Source of the DNA: an uncultured Chlamydiae bacterium
GTDB lineage: Bacteria; Chlamydiota; Chlamydiia; Chlamydiales; SM23-39
Direction of reading: 5' to 3'
NCBI GenBank assembly: GCA_963828125.1
Contig: CAWHDP010000002.1
Span: forward strand, 704,001-768,000
DNA length: 64,000 bases
Shown here: piece after piece, positions 1 to 11,556 of the stretch
Layout: each line of letters opens with the position of its first letter
Numbering within the stretch: the first letter of the stretch is position 1
Program-made: the position numbers and the translations under genes
The notes under the pieces: model-generated
What the model was told of the DNA's origin: nothing
The model's database searches: none
The model's input: the letters and a program-made list of their open reading frames with translations, nothing else

Positions 1-140
1 TCCAATGCTAAATCGGAAGAATCGGGGAGGAGCCCCTCGCCCCCTTTTTTGTCGACAGGGACACTCTCCCACCCTCGGGAGCGCAAAAAAGCCGCGGCCC
101 CCTTTCCGCTCACTCCATAACCAATCACCAGCGCCTTCAT
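1..140 (-). CDS. murD: UDP-N-acetylmuramoyl-L-alanine:D-glutamate ligase, N-terminal part (runs off window edge)
   Basis: Manual translation from ATG at 140 gives MKALVIGYGVSGKGAAAFL..., a MurD-type N-terminal Rossmann motif; directly downstream of mraY. Confidence 0.8.
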   Translation of the reverse strand, partial: MKALVIGYGVSGKGAAAFLRSRGWESVPVDKKGGEGLLPDSSDLAL

Positions 141-151
141 CGTATTTGTTC

Positions 152-1354
152 CTACTGCAGTTTGAGCGAGGCGACGGCGATGATCGCAAAAAGGAGGCTG
201 ATGATCCAAAACCGGATCACCACTTTCGTCTCAGGCCACCCCTTATACTCAAAATGGTGGTGGAGCGGCGCGCAGAGAAAGATCCGTTTCTTATTCCGAT
301 ACCGGTAACTGAGGACTTGCAAAATGACCGACAAGGCCTCAGCTACGAAAATAGCCCCCGCAATGGCGAGGATCACCTCTCTGCGGAGAAGAACGGAGGA
401 GACTCCGAGGACGCCGCCGAGAGCGAGCGATCCGGTGTCGCCCATAAATACCTGGGCTGGATAGCCGTTATACCAAAGAAAGCCAAGGACCGCCCCTGCC
501 ATGGCAAAGAGGTAAACGGCAATCTCGCCGCTCCCCTCAATGTAGAGGATATGGAGGTAGCGAGCTAGATCGATGTGGTTGGAGAGAAAGGCAAAAAGGG
601 CAAGGACCATCGAGACCATGACTAAACAGCCTGCCGCAAGGCCATCTAACCCATCGGTCAGATTCACCGCATTCGACGATCCGGTCATGATAAAAATAAT
701 CCAGAGAAAGGTGAGAGATAGAGGAACATGAGAGAGAGGATCTTTAAAAAACGGGACATAAAATTGCCGGATATATTCTTGGGTGCTTAGGGTGGCGACG
801 GCAATTTTTTTCCCCTCCACGAGCTGCTCTTTAGCGGTAGGAGGACGGAACCATTTTTTACCGGCGACGGCTTGCGTTGCGCTCGGAACGAGTAAATAAA
901 GGGCAATGAGAGAAGAAAATCCGATCTGAATCGCTATTTTTTTCCGCGCTTTGAGCCCTTTGCTATTTTTATAGCGGAGCTTCAAATAATCGTCGGCGCC
1001 GCCAAGACATCCCAAAACAAGGGTAGTGAAAAATAAGATCCAAGTAAACGCATTGGTGAGATCCATCCAAAGGAGGAGAGAGACCGCCATCGAAAATAAG
1101 ATCAAAATTCCGCCCATCGTGGGGGTATCTTTTTTCTTTCCATGCAGTTCAGCAAGGAGGGGCACCTCTTCGACGCTCCGGATCGTCTGCCCAATCTTGA
1201 GCTCATAGAGTTTTTTAATAAACCGGGGGCCTAAAAAAATGGTGAGAAGAAGGGCTGTCGCAGCGGCGAGGATCATCCGTGTCGAAAAATAGGTAAACGC
1301 AGCGGGCCCTTTCCACTGCATCGATTGGAGCCATTCAAATAAGAGGATCAGCAT
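152..1354 (-). CDS. mraY: phospho-N-acetylmuramoyl-pentapeptide transferase
   Basis: KKDTPTMGG, NAVNLTDGLDGL, VFMGDTGSLALG and APLHHHFE motifs; start moved to ATG 1354 just after the murF stop. Confidence 0.97.
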   Translation of the reverse strand: MLILLFEWLQSMQWKGPAAFTYFSTRMILAAATALLLTIFLGPRFIKKLYELKIGQTIRSVEEVPLLAELHGKKKDTPTMGGILILFSMAVSLLLWMDLTNAFTWILFFTTLVLGCLGGADDYLKLRYKNSKGLKARKKIAIQIGFSSLIALYLLVPSATQAVAGKKWFRPPTAKEQLVEGKKIAVATLSTQEYIRQFYVPFFKDPLSHVPLSLTFLWIIFIMTGSSNAVNLTDGLDGLAAGCLVMVSMVLALFAFLSNHIDLARYLHILYIEGSGEIAVYLFAMAGAVLGFLWYNGYPAQVFMGDTGSLALGGVLGVSSVLLRREVILAIAGAIFVAEALSVILQVLSYRYRNKKRIFLCAPLHHHFEYKGWPETKVVIRFWIISLLFAIIAVASLKLQ

Positions 1355-1356
1355 AT

Positions 1357-2684
1357 CTATAATAAGTTGAAAAGTTTCTCCATCTGAACGGAGCGAGAGG
1401 CTTTCACTAAAACCACATCGCCGGGACACATCAAACTCTTCAGACGCTCTGAGAGGGTCTCGAAATCAAAATATTGTTCGGAGGGTTTTTGCGCTTCCTG
1501 AAAGGCTTCATACATCGGAGAGGCCTCTTTGCCAATGACGAGAAGATGGTCGATGTGCTTTTGGGCAAAACGGCCCACTTCCCGGTGAAGAGCGCCGTGC
1601 TCTATCCCCAATTCGACCATCATTCCAAGAACCGCGATCCGCTTTCCACCCTCTTTCGGCTGAGGCAGATTAGAAAGAGCCGCTTTCATCGAATCGGGAT
1701 TGGCGTTGTAGGCGTCATTGATAAACATCACCCCGTCTTTTTCATATTGCTCAAATCGCATCTTCGGCAGCTGGAGCTTTGGCACCTGCCGATTGATCTC
1801 ATCCCACTCCATATGCATCAGCCTTGCTACGCTGACAGCCGCCAAAAAATTATGGAGCAAATGGGTCTGCTTATAAGGGGGATCGAATTGATAAGCCCTC
1901 ACTCCCCGCTCGTCGACAAAGTATTCACTCGACAGAAAATAATCGGCCGTCCGCTCATCAAGAGAAAAACTCAGTTTCTCTCCGTGAATCGCTCCGATCG
2001 CCTCCGGATACTCGTAAAGCCCGTGATAAAAAAGGGCTTTTTTGGTTTTCGTTTGGGAAAAAATCTCCGCTTTATATTTTGCAATATCTAAAAGACCCCG
2101 CGCGAAATGAGTTCCGTGAGCATAAGCGACCTTCGTCAACACCCCGATGTCGGGCGCAGCTATTTCAACAAGCCGCCGAATGTCTCCTGGTTCGCTCATT
2201 CCGAGTTCGACCACGAGCACATCTTCCCCCCTGTCCGGTTCAATAGAGTCATCGGAAAGGTGAGCTTCGTATTGTCATTGAGGCGCGTCTTCCCCACCTT
2301 GAATTTCCCCTCCAGAAGGGTCGCAATGAACTCTTTCGTCGTCGTCTTGCCGACCGATCCAGTCACTCCGATCACGACCGATTTGCACTCCGCCATGAAA
2401 TGGGCCGCCAGCCCCTGCAAGCTCCCCACAACGTCCTCGACAGGCAAGAGGATCAATCCATGATCGGGCCCCTCATACCCCCTCCCAACCACGGCTCCAA
2501 CAGCGCCGCGGAATTTGGCCTCCGCTAAATGGCGATGCCCGTCAGTTCTCTCCCCCTTGAGGGCAAAAAACAGCTCTCCAGGGCCGATCATCCTGCTATC
2601 TATCTGATACCCAGACACTAACTCAAATGATTCGCACACTACCCCCAAAAACTGACTAATCCTTTTGATCGGGATATGTCTCAT
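1357..2684 (-). CDS. murF: UDP-N-acetylmuramoyl-tripeptide:D-Ala-D-Ala ligase, split into two ORFs by a 1-nt frameshift at the C6 run 2226-2231
   Basis: N-half has DSR..GELFFALKGE and GVTGSVGKTTTKE; C-half has VVELGMS, INDAYNANPDSM and LVKASR; GGAGG RBS before ATG 2684. Confidence 0.92.
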
Positions 2685-2749
2685 ATACAGAGCCTCCAGC
2701 CTAGAGGGTATAACTGTTTTTGGGGAATCCCTCAAGAAATATATATAAG

Positions 2750-2779
2750 TTGTTAACAATAAATTGGTTGCAGTATAAT
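2750..2779 (+). promoter_or_regulatory. possible sigma70-type promoter of the large effector-like gene
   Basis: TTGTTA-18nt-TATAAT in an AT-rich intergenic region. Confidence 0.35.
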
Positions 2780-2850
2780 CTGCATGAAAATTAAATATTG
2801 ATTAAATTAATAAAATAATGTATAATTACATGAAACAAAATAAGGATTTT

Positions 2851-5800
2851 ATGTCTGTTGCTCCGAATACTATTGGAAATAATACTGGGACGACAACTTC
2901 AGGATCAGGGGGAGGCGCCAATCAACAGGGCCCTACGAACCTCCAAAATCAGACAAATCACGCAGCCCAATCGTCGCTACAACAGCAGCAACAGCGCTCA
3001 CCAGGCGGCTCTACAGCCGTCACCGTCACTCCTGCCAACCCTCAAAACACCATTGCAGGAAGGGCGTCTGGAATAGGCTCAATGCAGCAAAGAGATAATC
3101 CACGCGTTTATACATTTACCAAAGAGGTGACATTTCAAGGGAAGAAATACAAACTGACCCTCGAAATGCCAACAGAGAAAGATCGAAACGAAATGGATGT
3201 GAATGAGCTGGAGACTGCCGCAGGGGAATTTGCCGATGTGTTTCTAGCTGATTTAAAATCGCAGGTGAAAGGGCCAAGTAGTCAGATTAAACCAGGAGAT
3301 AGCTTCCATGTTCTGTTTCATGATGAAGGCTGGATCGCATTCAAAGACAAGTCAGAAGATGGGGGGGAGTTTGATCCATATTGCGATAATGTGGATACAA
3401 TTACACAAAGATACCCCCATGTTAATGGAAATACAGAGGCGTCAAAACAACTGACAGCCACTATTAAAGCGGGAACGCCAGAGAAGATCTCAAATCACCT
3501 GAAAGATTCTAAACTCAACAGCTTAAGAGAGACTCTTACAACAGAAAAAGCGGTCTCTTTCCTGCCGGTCAATTTGGTCAATCAGGGTGTTAGATGTTTC
3601 ATCAATTCGGCTTTCCAACAGTTGGTCACGAATAAGGCTATCCATAAAGATATTAAGCCAGAATATTTTTTGGATGGAGAAAAGAACGGTTTGTACAAAG
3701 CCCTGAAAGGTTACTTAAAACACCAAGAATCTGGCGAGACGAAACCTTACGATCTCGGCAAACTCATCGAAGCGTTAGAGTTGAATGAAGCGGAACAAAA
3801 TGATGTGGGCGTGGCTTGGAATGCGTTTGCTAACGAATTGAATTTAGAGAAGATACCGCAAGAATCACTCCTCCGCTCGTTATTGACCAGCATAGTGACC
3901 ATCCTTCCGGACGAGAGTATGGATCCTGGCGCCCTCATCCAAGGGGCTATTCAACACGAGGAAGCAGTAGAGGATTCAGAATGGAGCAAAAACTCATCCC
4001 CAAGTACGTTCAGCGTTTATGTAAATAGGGGGCTGTCAACTGCAATACCTTTAACACAGCTGCCGGACACTAGGAAAGCTCAATTCATTCAATTTTTACA
4101 GGCTCACGATACAAATCATGCCGCGGATCTACAGAAATTCAATCAATTTCTCAAATCAATATCATATCCATTGATTAATGACCCCATAGTTGATTCAGAG
4201 ATCGAGAAAGCATGCCAGGCCATTCAAACTCATCTTAAAAACAGCTCAACTGATCAGACAAAACAAATCCAAATACACGCCGATATCGGGAAAAGGCTAC
4301 GGCACCTCGCAGCATTAAAAACCAAGTTGCATATACAAGATTTTAATACAGCAGATGCAACGAAATTGGCCGATGATGTGTTCAATGCAGGCGACCAGTG
4401 GAGTTCCATACTCACGAATACAGAAAAGGCCGACATTCAGAAAGATCGAACCCAAATAGCCACCAAGACGGAGACTTCATTAAATATCGATCAGAGTCTC
4501 GCGATCAAGCTACCCCAACAGGACGGCACAGAGAGGGTATGTGACGTGACAAGCTTTAGCCTCCATACCGGGGAAGGAACGCAAAAGGGTCATTATGTCA
4601 CTTATGTGAGAGATGGAAAAGATTTCTGGAAACTCGATGACCTGAGTCAAGTTCCTCGAGAAAAATCAAGCTACGCAGAGTTTTATAAACACGTAAACTC
4701 GGCGTCTCTGCTCGTTCTGAATAAGAAGGGGGAAGGGGCCGCCGCGGTTGAACCCGGCTCAAATATAGAAGAACGTTCAGCGCAAATAGAAGGGACCCTG
4801 ACGACTCTCAGCGAAGAGAGCGGAAAGTTATCGCTCGCTGGCGCAGACTTTGCCCTCGTCAATCCAACAGACGCACTTGTGGATATGATTCATTCCGACA
4901 TCGACACACCCGCCCTTAGAGAGCAAATTACCGCGGAACGGACAAGGCTGGGAGCAGAGAAATGGATCAGTAAAAACAAACACACTCTGTCAACGGGCCG
5001 TAGGTTTGCATTGAATAGCAATCCCGACGTGATGCGAACAAAAGGTGCAAATGACGGCGACCCTACGGTCTTTCACGTTGCGGTACGTACACAAGAAAAA
5101 ATATCGGATCCCAAAGCATTGATTACCGACGCCGTGACGGCAACCCTCACCCAAGCCCAAAAAGAGGGCTGCATCAAAGTCGCATTCCCAATCATTGAGC
5201 TTCCTGATGTTCCCAAAGAGGAAGCTATGAAAACCATGAAAGAAGCGATTACTGCCTATGCACAAAAACATAAAGCAGACACCAATCACCCCATCAGACA
5301 TGTCAAAATCGTCACGCCCCCGGCTCAAAAAGCTTTGAACAAAACGATACCGAAAATCCCAACAGCGCCATTACCGAAAAAAGAGGCCGTGGATCCAGTA
5401 CAAATGATTCAACTCGGCCCACATACACTCCAGATAGAAAAGACGGAGGATAAGTGGAAAGGGACGTCGACAGCTCAAGCTGAACTAGCAAAGTATGAAA
5501 AAGCCTTGAAGGACGAATGGTTTCCAAATGTTCGTCGATTCTATGAACAATTTAAGTATGATAAACTCGTGTGTGACTTTACTCAGCCGTGGGGTGGGGG
5601 TATCTCAGATAAAGCGACTCGATGCGTCACGTTGCCGCTCGGGAATGAGCTCGACCCTAAATTGATGCTAGAGGTTTTCCGAAACAGCTTGACCCAGGTC
5701 TTTGCACCAATGATGCTGCCAATAACGATCACGCTGAAAGTCCCCTCCAACGTGGATACCACGATTTTTTCTTCCACGCCAACACCCCCTGCCGCTACAA

Positions 5801-5871
5801 AACCGACCGGTCTCATGAGCAAATTGTGGAATGGCTTAACCAGCATCGGAGAAATCTTAGCCACTGGTTAG
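2851..5871 (+). CDS. putative secreted effector: USP (peptidase C19) deubiquitinase domain plus macrodomain-like region
   Basis: Cys box NLVNQGVRCFINSAFQQL, QND, His box HTGEGTQKGHYVTYVRDGKDFWKLDD; later DFALVNPTD..VFHVAV..AQKEGCIKVAFPII..IRHVKIV; low-complexity S/T/G/Q N-terminus; start 2851 or 2818. Confidence 0.8.
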   Translation: MSVAPNTIGNNTGTTTSGSGGGANQQGPTNLQNQTNHAAQSSLQQQQQRSPGGSTAVTVTPANPQNTIAGRASGIGSMQQRDNPRVYTFTKEVTFQGKKYKLTLEMPTEKDRNEMDVNELETAAGEFADVFLADLKSQVKGPSSQIKPGDSFHVLFHDEGWIAFKDKSEDGGEFDPYCDNVDTITQRYPHVNGNTEASKQLTATIKAGTPEKISNHLKDSKLNSLRETLTTEKAVSFLPVNLVNQGVRCFINSAFQQLVTNKAIHKDIKPEYFLDGEKNGLYKALKGYLKHQESGETKPYDLGKLIEALELNEAEQNDVGVAWNAFANELNLEKIPQESLLRSLLTSIVTILPDESMDPGALIQGAIQHEEAVEDSEWSKNSSPSTFSVYVNRGLSTAIPLTQLPDTRKAQFIQFLQAHDTNHAADLQKFNQFLKSISYPLINDPIVDSEIEKACQAIQTHLKNSSTDQTKQIQIHADIGKRLRHLAALKTKLHIQDFNTADATKLADDVFNAGDQWSSILTNTEKADIQKDRTQIATKTETSLNIDQSLAIKLPQQDGTERVCDVTSFSLHTGEGTQKGHYVTYVRDGKDFWKLDDLSQVPREKSSYAEFYKHVNSASLLVLNKKGEGAAAVEPGSNIEERSAQIEGTLTTLSEESGKLSLAGADFALVNPTDALVDMIHSDIDTPALREQITAERTRLGAEKWISKNKHTLSTGRRFALNSNPDVMRTKGANDGDPTVFHVAVRTQEKISDPKALITDAVTATLTQAQKEGCIKVAFPIIELPDVPKEEAMKTMKEAITAYAQKHKADTNHPIRHVKIVTPPAQKALNKTIPKIPTAPLPKKEAVDPVQMIQLGPHTLQIEKTEDKWKGTSTAQAELAKYEKALKDEWFPNVRRFYEQFKYDKLVCDFTQPWGGGISDKATRCVTLPLGNELDPKLMLEVFRNSLTQVFAPMMLPITITLKVPSNVDTTIFSSTPTPPAATKPTGLMSKLWNGLTSIGEILATG

Positions 5872-5881
5872 AAAACCTATG

Positions 5882-5910
5882 TTGACTCGTTCTCGGCTAT
5901 GCTGCATAAT
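5882..5910 (+). promoter_or_regulatory. sigma70-type promoter of tRNA-Cys
   Basis: TTGACT-17nt-CATAAT, 12 nt upstream of the tRNA. Confidence 0.7.
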
Positions 5911-5922
5911 GGAACCCGTTTC

Positions 5923-5994
5923 GGTGGCATAGCCAAGTGGTAAGGCAGAGGCCTGCAAAGCCTCCATTCCTCGGTTCGAATCCGAGTGCCACCT
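5923..5994 (+). tRNA. tRNA-Cys(GCA)
   Basis: Acceptor GGTGGCA/TGCCACC, D-arm AGCCAAGTGGTAAGGC, anticodon stem GAGGC-CTGCAAA-GCCTC, T-loop GGTTCGAATCC; CCA not encoded. Confidence 0.97.
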
Positions 5995-6058
5995 ATACCC
6001 CCATCGGCCAATAACTTAGATTCGGACCCAAGCCAAGTTATTGGCCGATGGGGGTATA
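5994..6058. repeat. 65-bp palindromic MITE-like element (family D) with 24-bp perfect inverted repeats
   Basis: TATACCCCCATCGGCCAATAACTT (5994-6017) and its exact reverse complement (6035-6058). Confidence 0.8.
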
Positions 6059-6077
6059 TAATCCTCGAGTAAATATT

Positions 6078-6869
6078 TTGCTATTTATCATCTCCACCCC
6101 TATCGGCAATCTAGGCGATCTCTCTCAAAGAGCCTTGCAAACTTTGCAAACTTGCGATGCGATTTTGTGCGAAGATACTCGCAGAAGCTCCATTTTGTTA
6201 GATCACTACCAGATTAAAAAACCGTTGATTTCCTACCATAAGTTTAAAGAAAGAGGATCATTGGAGAGGATTTTGGAGGAGTTGGCGGCGGGACGGCGTT
6301 TGGGGCTCATCTCCGATGCGGGAACCCCCTGCATCAACGACCCAGGCCAAATCTTGGTTCAAGCTTGCGGCGAAAAAGGCATTCCGGTGAGCGCGATCCC
6401 AGGCCCGTGCAGCTTAATTCAGGCCCTTGTCCTCTCTGGATTCGACACAAGCCGTTTCCAATTCATCGGGTTTTTACCGAAAAAACCGGAGGCGGCGTTG
6501 CGGCAGGCAATGGGCTATCCCGGAACCACGGTTGCTTTTGAAAGCCCAGAGCGATTGGTCGAAACGTTGGAGCAGATCGACGGGGAGAGAGAGATCGCGG
6601 TGGCAAGGGAGATGACGAAGACCTTCGAGGAGTGCCGGAGAGGAAAGGCAAGGGAGCTGCTCGGACACTTTCGGGAAAAGCCGCCGCGAGGAGAAATCGT
6701 CCTCATCATTGGGGAGGGGAAGACGGCCGATGATTTAAGTCTGGAGGAACTAGTCGATATGCTGCAACATCTGCATGGCTTGAGCCTCAAAGAGGCGATT
6801 AAACAGGCGGCCCGCTTCAAAGACGTCCCCAAAAGGGACGTTTACAAGAAATTCCATTTTGATTCATGA
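6078..6869 (+). CDS. rsmI: 16S rRNA (cytidine1402-2'-O)-methyltransferase
   Basis: STPIGNLGD, CEDTR, SDAGTPCINDPG, FESPER, REMTKTFEE; TTG start at 6078 preferred. Confidence 0.95.
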   Translation: MLFIISTPIGNLGDLSQRALQTLQTCDAILCEDTRRSSILLDHYQIKKPLISYHKFKERGSLERILEELAAGRRLGLISDAGTPCINDPGQILVQACGEKGIPVSAIPGPCSLIQALVLSGFDTSRFQFIGFLPKKPEAALRQAMGYPGTTVAFESPERLVETLEQIDGEREIAVAREMTKTFEECRRGKARELLGHFREKPPRGEIVLIIGEGKTADDLSLEELVDMLQHLHGLSLKEAIKQAARFKDVPKRDVYKKFHFDS

Positions 6870-6969
6870 CTCAGCCATGCTCGCTGAAGATTTTTTGCCC
6901 GGCATTGCAGATAGGCTCAAGGTCATTTTTTGAGTTGACAGGAATGATTTTTTAGACAAAACAGGATTT

Positions 6970-7995
6970 ATGACGAGGTTCGATTGGATTGTGATTGGCG
7001 CAGGGCCCGCCGGGATAGCTGCCGTTGGGAAACTGATCGATCACGGCGTCAAACCAAAACAAATCGGCTGGATCGATCCCTATTTTGCCGTGGGCGACCT
7101 AGGGATGAAATGGAGCCGCGTTCCCAGCAATACAAAAGTAGGCCTATTCCTCCGTTTTTTTGAAGATTGCAAAGCCTTCAACTACCCGAAAAAATTCCCG
7201 ATCGACACATTAAATCCCGAAGACAATTGTCAACTACAGTATGTAATAGACCCCTTGCAATGGATCACCGACCATTTAAAAACAGAAGTCCACCCCCTAG
7301 TTGAAATGGCGATGGCGCTCAATTTAGCGCAAGGCTACTGGGAAGTGAAGCTGAAAAAAGGTTCAGTATTTGGAAAAAAAGTCATTTTAGCCATCGGCTC
7401 TGACCCAAAGAATCTCTCCTATCCCGAGCGTACAGTCATTCCGGTCGAGACGGCCCTTCATCCAGAAAAATTGGCCACAACCATTCACGATCAAGAAACC
7501 ATCGGAGTCTTCGGCTCCTCCCATACGGCCTTTCTTGCCCTCGCCAATTTGCACGAGCTCAAAGCCAATGTCATCAATTTTTACCGCTCTCCCCACCGCT
7601 ATGCCGTTTACCTCAAAGACTGGATTCTTTTCGATAGCACCGGCCTAAAAGGATTTACGGCAAACTGGGCCAGACAGCACATTGACGGAACCTGCCCCAG
7701 CCATCTAAAACGGGTTTTGGTCTCAGATCGGACTTTTGAAGAATCGCTGGCGCTTTGCGACCGGGTGATCTATGCAACAGGTTTTGAGCGACGCAAGCTC
7801 CCCATTCTCGAACAATTCAACAGCCTCCATTACGATGATCGGACAGGGCTGATCGCCCCCAACCTATTTGGCTTCGGCATCGCATTTCCCCAAGCCAAAT
7901 TTGACCGGCTTGGACACCTGGAATTACTCGTCGGCCTCTGGAAATTTATGGATTATCTAAATTCAATACTTCCCTTCTGGATAGCAGCCTATTAG
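6970..7995 (+). CDS. FAD/NAD(P)-binding oxidoreductase
   Basis: N-terminal VIGAGPAG, ILAIGS, second GVFGSSHTA motif, YATGF. Confidence 0.8.
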   Translation: MTRFDWIVIGAGPAGIAAVGKLIDHGVKPKQIGWIDPYFAVGDLGMKWSRVPSNTKVGLFLRFFEDCKAFNYPKKFPIDTLNPEDNCQLQYVIDPLQWITDHLKTEVHPLVEMAMALNLAQGYWEVKLKKGSVFGKKVILAIGSDPKNLSYPERTVIPVETALHPEKLATTIHDQETIGVFGSSHTAFLALANLHELKANVINFYRSPHRYAVYLKDWILFDSTGLKGFTANWARQHIDGTCPSHLKRVLVSDRTFEESLALCDRVIYATGFERRKLPILEQFNSLHYDDRTGLIAPNLFGFGIAFPQAKFDRLGHLELLVGLWKFMDYLNSILPFWIAAY

Positions 7996-8117
7996 CGCAG
8001 ATTTTCCATGGTGATTATATAATTTATAATGAAGCACTTACAGAAGCACCGCCCCAAATTCTCGATTTTTGGGACAATATATTTTTCCTTATGCAACAAT
8101 CTCTGATTCCGCTATGA

Positions 8118-9734
<1,617 letters not shown>

Positions 9735-9774
9735 AATTTGACTTTGAGAGCCCGCTCTAGGTATCCGTATAGAT

Positions 9775-11556
9775 ATGTGGCTCTCTTTTTTTCTCCCTAC
9801 TCTCCTCTTCGCCTCTCTCGAATCGGAGTCGATGCTTTATAAAGCGGATGAGATCGTCCAAAAATTCCAGTTTGAGATCGCCCGCACTCCCCCTCCTCTC
9901 CTCTCCCCTCAGCCCCAGTCGTGTTTGAACGCCGGTTCCGTTTGGTTTGCGATCGACCTTTCCGAATTACAAACGCCCGCCTTGGGCGCGCTCACTCAAG
10001 AGGGGCTCTGGAATCAGTTACAAGAAATTGGGATCCAAGCCGTCTATTTAAAAGGGTTGAAACAGGGGGGAATCTTTCGAACGGGGATAGGTCTCGACCC
10101 CAAATGGGGAGGGGGATGGAACGATCTGGCCCTTACCCTACAGAAAAAACAGATCGCCCTCATCGGAGACTCTTTCAGCTATAGCACGGGATGGGGCCCC
10201 GATTTTACCCTCGCCCTCCAAAATGTAGGCGACTATCCAGGCATTTATCATCTCATTGAAATCGAAAAATCGGACTGGAAATTATTGCCAAATGCCACCG
10301 AGCCGCGCAGCTCCCTCAACGTCCCCTGGCTCACCTTACAAGAACTCCAAAAAAAAGGGTATGTCCCTGAACTGTTTGCCCCTTACGTCAAAGAGAGCCG
10401 CTGGAATGCAACCGCTCCGATTCCCTGCGTTGACGGGAAAGTGCGTCGATGGATCTATCTCAAGGAACACCGGAACGATCCGACCATTGATTGGCTGAAC
10501 CCCTCTTTCGGAGGCTGCCGAATCGCCGCAGCCGATACGATCGATTCGATGTACAATCTCGGAATGAAAATCCTCAAATTCAACAATGCGATCGGTCTTA
10601 GCGCTAAAGAGACCCTCTCCTTATGGACCCGTAAACTCGGGGGGTTCTCCGTTTTAGAGACAAGAGGGGGCCTCGACGATTTTAAAAATGCGCCGACCGA
10701 TCTCATCGCAGATACGCTCACCCGCCCCGCCCTCCTCCACGCCCTGATCGCTGAAGACGCCGAAGCGCTCAAAATGATCTATCGCCTCTTTTTGGAAGAG
10801 GGCATTGAGATCAAAAGGCTCGTCCATGCCCTACAGCCGTTCGATGAATCTACCTGCGATTGGGCAACGCTCCTTGCCCAACCGAAAAAAAAATTCAAAT
10901 ACTATGAAGAGATGTTGACCGGCGAGGCGCTCCGGCTCCGGCTTTTAAAGGAAGACGTCGCCCGGGTGGGGGAGAATGAACCTGCCACTTGGCCTCAATT
11001 ATGCATGTATGCCCTCAGCATCAAAGAGGCGGAGCAAAATAGGGACGCTATTCGCAAAGCCCACCTTCTCCTCACGTTTTTTTACGCAATGCAGCCAGGG
11101 GCCTTCTCTTTTTCGGTCTCCGATCTGCTCGGCGTCCTCAAACGGCAAACCATCGATTTATTGGGCTCCAATCCCCACACCCTCTACGGCTCTCTCCCCT
11201 CCCAAATGCAAAACATGAATTCTTTTGCAATGCAACTGAGAAAAATGCTCTCGATTCGCATCGACACCGCCATCGATAGAGCTGAGCTCATCTCGGTACC
11301 CCAAACAGAGCAAAAAGGGCTGCTGATCTTGATTCATAAACTCCAGGGTGGAGGGACCACGCAGCTCCTCGCCGTCAACTTCGGCAAAACGGCCGCTCAA
11401 CAAACTTTGGAGATGCCGAGCTTTAGACAGACCACCGCAATCGATCTCATGACCGGTCTTGCAGAGACAAAACCGCTCAACAGTTCAATGATTCAGCTCA
11501 ATCTCCCACCTTTATCTGGAAAAGTTATCCTGTTCCAGCCAAAATACTACGATTAA
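9775..11556 (+). CDS. divergent trehalose synthase (maltose alpha-D-glucosyltransferase, P. stutzeri type)/GH13-like protein
   Basis: TGWGPDFTLA, DYPGIYHLIEI, WNATAPIPCVDGKVRRWIYL, IDWLNPSF and AMQPGAF match remembered TreS segments. Confidence 0.7.
   Translation: MWLSFFLPTLLFASLESESMLYKADEIVQKFQFEIARTPPPLLSPQPQSCLNAGSVWFAIDLSELQTPALGALTQEGLWNQLQEIGIQAVYLKGLKQGGIFRTGIGLDPKWGGGWNDLALTLQKKQIALIGDSFSYSTGWGPDFTLALQNVGDYPGIYHLIEIEKSDWKLLPNATEPRSSLNVPWLTLQELQKKGYVPELFAPYVKESRWNATAPIPCVDGKVRRWIYLKEHRNDPTIDWLNPSFGGCRIAAADTIDSMYNLGMKILKFNNAIGLSAKETLSLWTRKLGGFSVLETRGGLDDFKNAPTDLIADTLTRPALLHALIAEDAEALKMIYRLFLEEGIEIKRLVHALQPFDESTCDWATLLAQPKKKFKYYEEMLTGEALRLRLLKEDVARVGENEPATWPQLCMYALSIKEAEQNRDAIRKAHLLLTFFYAMQPGAFSFSVSDLLGVLKRQTIDLLGSNPHTLYGSLPSQMQNMNSFAMQLRKMLSIRIDTAIDRAELISVPQTEQKGLLILIHKLQGGGTTQLLAVNFGKTAAQQTLEMPSFRQTTAIDLMTGLAETKPLNSSMIQLNLPPLSGKVILFQPKYYD

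Noticed and set aside
2753..2765. Shared ACAATAAATT motif upstream of effector-like genes (also near 47724)
   Set aside because: Short, in very AT-rich DNA and oppositely oriented relative to the two genes; likely chance.
6048..6077. rsmI start at ATG 6048
   Set aside because: It lies inside the family D palindrome; family homology begins at the TTG at 6078.
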